A stretch of 32,000 bases of DNA from Fidelibacterota bacterium (GCA_021157965.1 JAGGVO010000041.1:224119-256118); one strand, 5' to 3'. Counted from the stretch's first letter, positions 16,917-24,726 are shown. Numbers and translations: made by a program. Notes: a model not told the origin generated them from the letters alone.

Positions 16917-18470
16917 ATGAATTGTCGGAATCGCATGTGTTTAACTCTGGCAATAATTCTGTTAACATCAGCTATGCTGAGTGGTGAATCCCCGAATTAT
17001 CTGTCCCAGAAACTCGCACTCGAACAGGCACTCCAGAATAAAATTTCACAGGCTGTAGAACGCATTCTCGGGAATAATCATTTTATTGTTGATGTGAAAG
17101 CAGATTTGGATTTTGTTCCCGATCAGCGCGTTGAGGAAGTGTATGAACCGGCGGTACCGGGACGTGCACTTGTACAACCGGCTCCTGAAGCCGAAAGTTC
17201 CCGGGAAAGGGACAGGGCCTACGAAGAAGAATACAATGAAATTCTCCCCGGCATACCTGCGCGGATTGGCGACCGCGGATTGGATATCCTGACAGAAGAG
17301 CTTCCGTCAGATACTTCCCGTATCCGCGAGGAGCAAACAGCCGTTCTGCCGGGAGTTGAGAATATTGAACCGGAGAGGCTCAAAAGCCGTTCGGTTGCCC
17401 GTTCTGTTCCCCTGATTCCGAAAGTCAGGAAACTGGACATCAGCATCATTTTAAAGGAAGGCATCGAGCCGGATCTGGTGGAATCCATTCGTCAGGTGGC
17501 AATGATTGCCTCCCATTTCGACCGCTCCCGGGGAGATATGCTGAGTATTATGACAACGACTTTCAGGGATGACAAGCTGATGGCCGGTGCGGAAACCGGA
17601 GTAATACCGGGAGATGTTGAGTATCAGCCATCCCGCGAAGAACAGGAACGGACCGATGAAACTCAGGAACTGATTCGCCAAATCCAGGATCAGATTGAAC
17701 GGCTTTCACAACAGCAGCAGAGGCAGGCGCCCCGGAGCAATGAACCCACACCAACGGAAAACATGCTGCTTAAAATCATTGATAAGCTCAATACCCGTCA
17801 GTCCCTTGCCGATGATCTGGAAACACAGAAGATGATTACGGAGCAGAAGCTCCGGCTTGAAATGCTGGGACGCGATACTACCCGATTGCAGGAACTCCGG
17901 GATGAAATAGCAGCCCTGAAACTTCAGCTGGCAACCCGGGAAATGGCTGTTGAAGACCGGGAAAGTACACGGGCTGCATCAGACAGTATGCTTCGGGAAA
18001 AAGAAGAACTGGAAGAGGCCATTGCGGAAAAAATCGCCCTCCTCTCGGAGACGCAAAAAGAGCTTATGGACATGCAAAAGGCTCAAATCCCCTGGTGGTT
18101 CTGGGGGCTTCTGGCTGCTTTGCTTGCTGTTGTCATTGTGCTGGTTGTACTGATTCTGAACCGCGGCAGAGTGCGCCGTCAGGAGGAAGAAGCTCCGAAA
18201 CCGGAACCGGCAGCCAGCGAGGATGCCCTCCGTGAAAAGATTCTCAGGGAATTGCGGGAAAGCAAGAAAGAGAGCAAACTTGAGCGGGAACCGGATCAGG
18301 GATCCGATATGGCTGAAAAGCGGGCGGAGCTGGAAGGAATCCGGAAAAATATCGTCAATATGAGTGTAGCCAACCCCGATACTGCCAGCAAGATTATCCG
18401 GGATTGGATGGAAGAAGATGAAACGCCCGCAGACCAGGCGGAAGAAAAAGGAGAACGGAAAAATGAGTGA
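16917..18470 (+). CDS. FliF-like ring protein: RBM3-like domain + long coiled coil + TM helix + FliG-binding-like tail (RBM1/RBM2 absent)
   Basis: N-terminal hydrophobic segment. LEQALQNKISQAVERILGNNHFIVDVKADLDF resembles the start of FliF RBM3 (LEQRVEQILSPIVGNGNVHAQVTAQLDF). KLDISIILKEG..IRQVAMIASHFDRSRGDMLSIMTTTF resembles its end (LSVAVVVN..GFSDKRGDTLNVVNSPF). About 165 aa of coiled coil follow, then TM IPWWFWGLLAALLAVVIVLVVLIL. The tail ASKIIRDWMEEDE resembles the C-terminal IRQWM FliG-binding helix of FliF as I recall it. Confidence 0.65.
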   Translation: MNCRNRMCLTLAIILLTSAMLSGESPNYLSQKLALEQALQNKISQAVERILGNNHFIVDVKADLDFVPDQRVEEVYEPAVPGRALVQPAPEAESSRERDRAYEEEYNEILPGIPARIGDRGLDILTEELPSDTSRIREEQTAVLPGVENIEPERLKSRSVARSVPLIPKVRKLDISIILKEGIEPDLVESIRQVAMIASHFDRSRGDMLSIMTTTFRDDKLMAGAETGVIPGDVEYQPSREEQERTDETQELIRQIQDQIERLSQQQQRQAPRSNEPTPTENMLLKIIDKLNTRQSLADDLETQKMITEQKLRLEMLGRDTTRLQELRDEIAALKLQLATREMAVEDRESTRAASDSMLREKEELEEAIAEKIALLSETQKELMDMQKAQIPWWFWGLLAALLAVVIVLVVLILNRGRVRRQEEEAPKPEPAASEDALREKILRELRESKKESKLEREPDQGSDMAEKRAELEGIRKNIVNMSVANPDTASKIIRDWMEEDETPADQAEEKGERKNE

Positions 18471-19398
18471 TCCTCAAAAACTTTCCAATCTGGACAGGGC
18501 CGCAATCATTTATAAAATATTGGGGGACAATTTATCCGTCTCCCTTTTCAGGCACCTTTCCCAGGCGCAGTTGACTAAATTGCGGCGCCATGCCGAAACG
18601 CTGACTAAAGTGCCTTTCGATCTGAAAAGAAAGGTTCTGGAAGAGTATTATTTTCAGCTTATGTCTGAAAAAATCCGGTCCGTCAGCGACGGGGACCAGA
18701 AAGTGCTTTTTGATTTCTTAAAACCTATGTCTTCTGATCAAATCAAATACCTGCTGGAGCCGGAAAGCGAACTGGTAAAAGCCCTTGTCCTGAGCCAGCT
18801 GAGCATTGAAGTACAGGTGGATGTCATAAAAAACATGGAAGAAGATGAACGGGCACGGGTTTTAATACAGATGAATGATATCGATAAAATCCCTTATGAA
18901 GGGATTATCAATATTGAGAACGATATTCGCGAAAAATCCCGGCTGGTTCCCCATAAAGCCCATTTTAACAAAGGAGGATCCAAACAGATTGCTGATATCC
19001 TGAGTAAGCTGGAGCCGGATTTTGAAGAACAGTTTGTAAGTCATGTACAAAATGAAGACCCGGAACTGGCCCGTGATCTGGCGAAATATTACATACCTTT
19101 TGACAGTTTCGACAAACTTCCGGTGGATGTGGTCAGGGAGGCGCTGAAAAGCGTGGAACTGAATGATCTGGCCCTGGCCCTGAAGGGAATGAGCGAAGAA
19201 TTTGTCACCTATATTCTGGGAAATCTGCCACAGAAAACCCAGATAATGCTGGAAGATGAAATAAAGGATGTGGAAGGTCCCCAGCCCCGGCGGAAAGTTG
19301 AAAGTGCACGGCGCAAACTGACCCAGGCCGTGAAACAACTTGCTGCCGAGGGTAAATTTGATATTGAGGATTTCCTCGATACGGATATGGTGGAATAA
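18463..19398 (+). CDS. fliG: FliG-like rotor/switch protein
   Basis: Start at the ATG at 18463 (AAAGGAGAA Shine-Dalgarno site, ATGAGTGA overlap with the upstream stop). Collinear with FliG throughout: LDRAAIIYKILG, LLEPESELVKALVLSQL (EHPQ region), NKGGSKQIADILSKLEP (Gly-Gly linker), EDPELA, LNDLALALKGMSEE, torque helix LPQKTQIMLEDEI, GPQPRRKVESARRKLTQAVKQLAAEGKFDI. Confidence 0.85.
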   Translation: MSDPQKLSNLDRAAIIYKILGDNLSVSLFRHLSQAQLTKLRRHAETLTKVPFDLKRKVLEEYYFQLMSEKIRSVSDGDQKVLFDFLKPMSSDQIKYLLEPESELVKALVLSQLSIEVQVDVIKNMEEDERARVLIQMNDIDKIPYEGIINIENDIREKSRLVPHKAHFNKGGSKQIADILSKLEPDFEEQFVSHVQNEDPELARDLAKYYIPFDSFDKLPVDVVREALKSVELNDLALALKGMSEEFVTYILGNLPQKTQIMLEDEIKDVEGPQPRRKVESARRKLTQAVKQLAAEGKFDIEDFLDTDMVE

Positions 19399-19429
19399 AA
19401 GCCGGAGATCTGATAAAAAGATATCTTAT

Positions 19430-19462
19430 GCCGGACGGGGTGTTTCCTGTCCGGCATTTTTT
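19430..19462 (+). terminator. rho-independent terminator ending the rotor-stator operon
   Basis: GC-rich hairpin GCCGGACGGGG / CCTGTCCGGC with a 5-nt loop, followed by A and a T6 run. Begins 32 nt after the fliG-like stop. Confidence 0.7.
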
Positions 19463-19488
19463 CGCATTCAGGTAAAGAGGAGATAACA

Positions 19489-19926
19489 ATGTCCCGCTTT
19501 GAAGAAATTATCGAATTTGCCATTGATCAGGAAATAAAAGCTGCCCGCCGTTATGAACGTCTTGCCGACCTCGTGGAGAATCCCCGTGCCCGCGAAATGC
19601 TCCTCCGGATAAAAACCATGGAAGAAGAACACCGGAAAAAACTGGAAAATCTGGATATCAGTGAGTTTCTGAATTATACAGACAAACCGATCCCGGATCT
19701 CCATCTGAGTGATGAAAAGGATATTCAATCTAAATTAAAGGATTTGACGCCGGAAGATATCTTGGTTATGGCAGATGATTTTGAAAATGATGCCCGTGAA
19801 CTTTATCTGACACTGGCAGACCGGGTACCTGTAGGATCGGCAACCCGGGATCTTTTTCTGAAACTTGCCGAAGAAGAGGCCCGGCATAAATACGACATTG
19901 AATCACAATTAAAATCCGGAATTTAA
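19489..19926 (+). CDS. ferritin-like diiron four-helix-bundle protein (rubrerythrin-family domain)
   Basis: Four-helix pattern with E (DQEIKAARRYE), ExxH (EEEHRKK), E (ENDARELY) and ExxH (EEARH). 145 aa. GAGGAG Shine-Dalgarno site. Confidence 0.6.
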   Translation: MSRFEEIIEFAIDQEIKAARRYERLADLVENPRAREMLLRIKTMEEEHRKKLENLDISEFLNYTDKPIPDLHLSDEKDIQSKLKDLTPEDILVMADDFENDARELYLTLADRVPVGSATRDLFLKLAEEEARHKYDIESQLKSGI

Positions 19927-19932
19927 CCTGTT

Positions 19933-20757
19933 ATGAAATCGATTCGTCGCTTTTTCAGAATTATTAGTATCCTCCTTTTGTTTCTTATCTTGATAATCCT
20001 TTTAGGAGTGCTAAAAGGGGTGATCATGCTTTTCAGCAGGACAAAAGGAGATCAGATGGTTTTTTATGTTATCAAGCCCTTTTGTACTCTGCTCCGCCTG
20101 ATATGCGGAGTCCGAATTCACGTGGAAGGAAGGGAAAACATTCCCTCCAAAAACGGGTATCTGGTTGTCGGAAACCATTACAGTTATGTGGAAGTAGTCA
20201 GTACCATGTCTGTCGTTTCGGCCGTTCCCGTTTCTAAATCGGAAATCCGCAACTGGCCCATTTTCGGTCATGCCGCCCGGCTTGGAGGAACCGTTTTTGT
20301 GGATCGGGAAAAAGGGGGATTGTCCGGGGCATATATTGAAGTCCTCATGAATACATTGCGAAAGGGCATCAATATTATCTTTTTTCCGGAGGGAACGACC
20401 ACCGACGGCACTTACCTGAAACGTTTCAAATCCGCTCTCTTTGTCCCCGCCAACCGGCTTAAGGTCCCTGTGCTGCCCATTGTAAGCACTGTTACGGCCA
20501 TCGATGGAAAACCGGTTCCTTCTGATCAGCGGGATTTGATTGCATGGTATGGCGGTGCTCCATTTGTCCCTCATGCCATGCGCCTGCTTGCTTTCCGCCG
20601 GATTGACCTGAAGTTTAAAATTGGCGAACCGATTATTCCCGATTATGACGATTCTTCAATTGATGAAAGACGGGAATTTGCCAGGCTCGTCCAAAACCGG
20701 ATGGATGCAGCACTATGGGAAATTGCCCCCGATTATCAGGGGATCCGGGACGAGTAA
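19933..20757 (+). CDS. plsC: 1-acyl-sn-glycerol-3-phosphate acyltransferase family protein
   Basis: N-terminal TM helix. Acyltransferase block I VGNHYSYVEV (HX4 with E in place of D). FVDRE and FPEGTTT blocks. Confidence 0.8.
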   Translation: MKSIRRFFRIISILLLFLILIILLGVLKGVIMLFSRTKGDQMVFYVIKPFCTLLRLICGVRIHVEGRENIPSKNGYLVVGNHYSYVEVVSTMSVVSAVPVSKSEIRNWPIFGHAARLGGTVFVDREKGGLSGAYIEVLMNTLRKGINIIFFPEGTTTDGTYLKRFKSALFVPANRLKVPVLPIVSTVTAIDGKPVPSDQRDLIAWYGGAPFVPHAMRLLAFRRIDLKFKIGEPIIPDYDDSSIDERREFARLVQNRMDAALWEIAPDYQGIRDE

Positions 20758-20819
20758 ACAGTCGATTTAAGAATAAAAAGTTATTACATTTCTTTAACAA
20801 CAAAAATACAGGACCCTCC

Positions 20820-21317
20820 ATGAATCTCGTGCTTATGCGCCATGGTCTGGCCGAACCCCGGGAGAGGCACCATGACAGCGATTCAGACAGGAATTTAACG
20901 AATGAAGGACGCCTGAAACTCATGCAGTTTATCCCCCTGATCCATCCGTGGTTTCCCAAACCGGACAGACTTTTAACCAGCCCGGCCATCCGGACACAGC
21001 AGACGGCAGAAATTCTGTGTGATATATTGCATGTAAACAGGGATGAAATTCAGGTTGATCCTTTGATCCTGAATGGTTCTGCAGGGGAAATTGTTTCACA
21101 GCTGGTGGAGATGGATCTGCCCTCCTGTTTATGGATTGTCGGGCACCAACCTACCTTGGGACAGCTCCTGAGCGTTCTGATAGGACTGGATGTTTTCCGG
21201 GGTTTTCATATGAGTCCAGGCGATTGTGCCCTCGTGTCTTTTCAGGATAAACCGGATATCAATGAAGGACGTTTGCTCAGTTATGCTTCCCCCAGGTTGA
21301 TAGACAGGTCGATGTAG
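20820..21317 (+). CDS. sixA: phosphohistidine phosphatase SixA-like (histidine phosphatase superfamily)
   Basis: The internal ATG at 20820 gives MNLVLMRHGLAEP (RHG catalytic motif). Second His in IVGHQPTLGQL. About 165 aa. The longer track ORF from 20715 overlaps plsC. Confidence 0.75.
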   Translation: MNLVLMRHGLAEPRERHHDSDSDRNLTNEGRLKLMQFIPLIHPWFPKPDRLLTSPAIRTQQTAEILCDILHVNRDEIQVDPLILNGSAGEIVSQLVEMDLPSCLWIVGHQPTLGQLLSVLIGLDVFRGFHMSPGDCALVSFQDKPDINEGRLLSYASPRLIDRSM

Positions 21318-21329
21318 CAGGAAGGTAAA

Positions 21330-22298
21330 ATGATTCACTGGCTAAAAGTTTTTTTTTCCAAATCGCTGAATACGGCCTATGACTGCGTAGATGCCATCGG
21401 TCGGGGGGAAACGGGTGTGCACCTGACGGAAACTCTGACAGAATCCATCCGGAGGAGCATGGTATCCGCCCACCTTTTAGGTGTAGCCACCGGTCATGAG
21501 AATTTTTTCCGGGAAATTGGGATTTTGCAGAGGATTCTGAATATTTGTCAGGTATATATCCTCCATCAGGGCCGGATCCTCTATTTTGAAGCGTCTGCCT
21601 ATCAGAACCGAAAGGGAGCCCTCCGGGGTGCTCTTTATGTGGAAACACTTCAACGGAAGGATTTTGAAAGCCGGCGAAAAAAACTCCCCTTCCAACTGGA
21701 AAAAAGTTTCCATCCCGAACGGAAAGCAGAATTTTTACACAAGATCGAGCGGCTTCCGGAAAGCATCACAAATCCGGATAAATTGCACAAAGTTACCCTG
21801 GACTACCTGATCCCCCTTGTGTTGATCAAAACGGTGGATTTTGGCAAACTGACCATGAAACTACCCGGCGAACTGCTCCCGGATTTTGAAGGACTTCATG
21901 CCTTTTTGCTGGCGATGGGACAGGGAGATGTTTTCTGGAAAAAAGATGTGGAAATTATTCACAAAATCATCAAAGGAATCCGGACGGTTCTTTACCTCGA
22001 TGAAAATTTCAGTACCGTGAAAAAAGTTTTGCTGGAAGAGCGCGAAAAAACCATTCAGCTGCTGAAAGGGAATATATTCGACCAGTATAAAATGCTGAAC
22101 AAATGGGATGAGGTATTGCGCATGCTGGCAACCCGGAATGATAAAGGATTGATTAAATTTCTCACCCAGCTTGTTCGGGACCGGAAGGAAGCCGTTGATG
22201 AGCTGCGTAGTTTGCAGAAAACCTGTGAAGAGAAGGAGCTTTGGAAGAATTATTATAAAAAAATTGAAAACTTGTTCGTAACATCCGATGCAGTTTGA
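21330..22298 (+). CDS. hypothetical cytoplasmic protein
   Basis: 322-aa ORF with no TM or signal sequence, mostly helical and charged. No motif recognised. Same-strand packing: 12 nt after sixA and 18 nt before the next gene. Confidence 0.5.
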   Translation: MIHWLKVFFSKSLNTAYDCVDAIGRGETGVHLTETLTESIRRSMVSAHLLGVATGHENFFREIGILQRILNICQVYILHQGRILYFEASAYQNRKGALRGALYVETLQRKDFESRRKKLPFQLEKSFHPERKAEFLHKIERLPESITNPDKLHKVTLDYLIPLVLIKTVDFGKLTMKLPGELLPDFEGLHAFLLAMGQGDVFWKKDVEIIHKIIKGIRTVLYLDENFSTVKKVLLEEREKTIQLLKGNIFDQYKMLNKWDEVLRMLATRNDKGLIKFLTQLVRDRKEAVDELRSLQKTCEEKELWKNYYKKIENLFVTSDAV

Positions 22299-22316
22299 TA
22301 ACTAAAAGGGAAAACT

Positions 22317-23072
22317 ATGAAGTATTGCGTAAAAATATCCCTCCTGTTTTTGCTTTTGGTCGGCTCACTGGCGGCACAGTTCGTCCCGGCACCGGTTCAG
22401 TTAATTAATACCCCGACTGTCGCAACCCTGGCACGGGGATCTTACCTGACTGATTTACGTTTTACCACCAATGGCGGGGTGCTGATCGGGGCAACAGTAG
22501 GTCTGACAGATCGTTTTTCCATGGGTATATCCTATGGAGGATCCAACATTATCGGCAATGAAAATATCACCTGGAATCCCCAGCCCGGTGTGAGTGTCAA
22601 ATATCGACTTATTGATGAAGGAATGAAAAAACCGGGTGTCTCTATGGGATTTTCCTCTCAGGGCTATGGGGCTTATACCGACGGGAATTATGAAATTCCT
22701 TCCTCCGGCTTTTATTCTGTCCTCAGCAAAAACTGGCATTTTATCGGCAATACAAGCCTTCATGCAGGGGCTAATTATTCCCTGGAACAGCCAGACAGCA
22801 CCTATATCCCCTCTTTCTTTGCCGGGGCTGCCATTGAACTAAATCCTCAATTCTCTATTATGATCGAATATGATGCCGCCCTGAATTATGAAAAATTTTC
22901 AGATTTAAAAAAATTCAAAATTTCCGGCGGGTACGGTTTTCTGAATGCCGGTGTCCGCGTTGGCATTACGGAAAATCTCTACCTGGAAGTGGATCTGAAC
23001 AATCTTATCTGGGGCGAAAATGTGGAATCCTTTAACCGTGAAATTAAATTGATGTATTTTGATATCTTCTGA
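22317..23072 (+). CDS. outer-membrane beta-barrel protein (possibly YjbH-like)
   Basis: Signal peptide MKYCVKISLLFLLLVGSLAAQ. Alternating amphipathic strands. C-terminal aromatic residue (..KLMYFDIF). The N-terminal INTPTVATLARGSY resembles the start of YjbH-type barrels, from memory only. Confidence 0.6.
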   Translation: MKYCVKISLLFLLLVGSLAAQFVPAPVQLINTPTVATLARGSYLTDLRFTTNGGVLIGATVGLTDRFSMGISYGGSNIIGNENITWNPQPGVSVKYRLIDEGMKKPGVSMGFSSQGYGAYTDGNYEIPSSGFYSVLSKNWHFIGNTSLHAGANYSLEQPDSTYIPSFFAGAAIELNPQFSIMIEYDAALNYEKFSDLKKFKISGGYGFLNAGVRVGITENLYLEVDLNNLIWGENVESFNREIKLMYFDIF

Positions 23073-23073
23073 C

Positions 23074-24726
23074 ATGAAATCCTTTCAGCTTTCTTCCGAG
23101 ATTCTTGCTTCCAAATCCAAAGATGAACTGATAGATATTATCAGAATCATTCAGGACCGGGTCAATGTTTTTGTCTCGGTAGGGACATCCCTCAGTACGG
23201 AAAAAAACCAGGATGTCCTCCTGGAAAATATTGTAACCTATGCGAAAAAATTAACCGGTGCCGATGCCGCAACGCTTTATATGATGTCGGAAGATGAAAA
23301 AAAACTCAGGTTTAGCATTGTCCATACAGATTCCATGAATATCCGGATGGGGGGGACATCGGGAAATCCCATCGATTGGTATCCGGTGAAATTGTATAAT
23401 GAGGATGGATCGCCCTATCTGGAGATGGTTGCGGCGTATGTTGCATTGAAGAAGGAAACCCTGAACTTTGAAGATGTGTACGATGTAAAAGATTTTAATT
23501 TTACCGGTACACGGCAGTTTGACCGAAAAACCGGTTACCGGACTCAGTCCATGCTGGCTCTGCCAATGCTGAACCATGTAAATGAAGTGATTGGTGTACT
23601 CCAATTAATCAATGCAAAAGACGAATCGGGGAACACCATTGCCTTCTGTCCTGAATTCCAGGCGCTGACGGAAGCTCTGGCCAGTCAGGCCGCCGTGGCC
23701 ATTACGGAAAACCGTCTTATCAATGGACTTGAAGAATTATTGAATTCCATCATCCGTGTAATTGCTTCGGCGATTGATGAAAAATCCAAATATACAAGTG
23801 GTCACATTGAACGGGTGGCGAAACTGGCAGTGTATCTGGCACAACAGATTTCTGAAAGCCGGGACGGTGTTTACAAAGATGTCCGCTACAGTGACGAGAA
23901 AATTGAGGAGATCCGTTTTGCCGGCCTTCTTCACGATATCGGTAAGATTACCACACCGGAATACGTGGTGGATAAATCCACAAAACTGGAAACCATTTAT
24001 GACAGGATCCGGACGATTTTTCTCCGTTTTGAATTGCTGAAAAAAGATCGTGAAATAGAGATGTGGAAGGCTTTAGCAGGAACGCCGCAAGATGATTCTT
24101 CCAGAGCTGAACGGGAAAATCTGATGAAAGAGCTGGAAGAAGAAATCCGGAAAATCAGTGAGGATTATGCCTTTATTCAGCGGATGAATACAGGGGGTGA
24201 GTTTCTCAAACCCGAATACAAGAACCGGATTTGCGATATTGCACGGTATACTGTTACGATAGATGGAAAAAGTACGCCTATCTTAACGGATGATGAGATT
24301 CTTAATCTGCATATTTCCAAAGGTACACTGACCGAGGAAGAACGGCAAATCATTAATAATCATGCGGTTGTCACTGATAAAATGCTCTCACAGCTTCCAT
24401 TTCCCAAGAAATTGAAAAATGTTCCCGAGTATGCTGCCAACCACCATGAACGCATGGACGGTTCGGGATATCCCAAGGGACTTAAAGCGGAAGATTTGGA
24501 ATTGCCGGCGCGTATCATGGCCATGGCCGATATTTTTGAAGCCTTAACAGCGCCGGACAGACCCTACAAAAAAGGGAAAACACTTTCTGAAGCCATGAAA
24601 ATCATGGAATTTATGGTGAAGGATTATCATATCGATCCGGATCTGTTTGCCTTTTTCAAGGAAGCTAAAGTATACCGCTGGTATGCAGAAAAATTCATGA
24701 ATCCCGAACAAATTGATATGGATTAG
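23074..24726 (+). CDS. GAF domain-containing HD-GYP c-di-GMP phosphodiesterase
   Basis: HD-GYP signature: GHIERVAKLA, FAGLLHDIGKI, NHHERMDGSGYPKGL, ADIFEALTAPDRPYKK. The N-terminal ~200 aa is GAF-like (ADAATLYMM..LRF..QSMLALPM..VIGVLQLIN). About a 100-aa insert lies between the HD and GYP halves. The ATG at 23074 is preferred over the TTG at 23059. Confidence 0.85.
   Translation: MKSFQLSSEILASKSKDELIDIIRIIQDRVNVFVSVGTSLSTEKNQDVLLENIVTYAKKLTGADAATLYMMSEDEKKLRFSIVHTDSMNIRMGGTSGNPIDWYPVKLYNEDGSPYLEMVAAYVALKKETLNFEDVYDVKDFNFTGTRQFDRKTGYRTQSMLALPMLNHVNEVIGVLQLINAKDESGNTIAFCPEFQALTEALASQAAVAITENRLINGLEELLNSIIRVIASAIDEKSKYTSGHIERVAKLAVYLAQQISESRDGVYKDVRYSDEKIEEIRFAGLLHDIGKITTPEYVVDKSTKLETIYDRIRTIFLRFELLKKDREIEMWKALAGTPQDDSSRAERENLMKELEEEIRKISEDYAFIQRMNTGGEFLKPEYKNRICDIARYTVTIDGKSTPILTDDEILNLHISKGTLTEEERQIINNHAVVTDKMLSQLPFPKKLKNVPEYAANHHERMDGSGYPKGLKAEDLELPARIMAMADIFEALTAPDRPYKKGKTLSEAMKIMEFMVKDYHIDPDLFAFFKEAKVYRWYAEKFMNPEQIDMD

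Noticed and set aside
20160-20200. PlsC HX4D motif reads HYSYVE (Glu instead of Asp) as evidence of an inactive acyltransferase
   Set aside because: This is a conservative acidic substitution, and the other acyltransferase blocks (FVDRE, FPEGTTT) are intact. It is not sufficient to infer loss or change of function.
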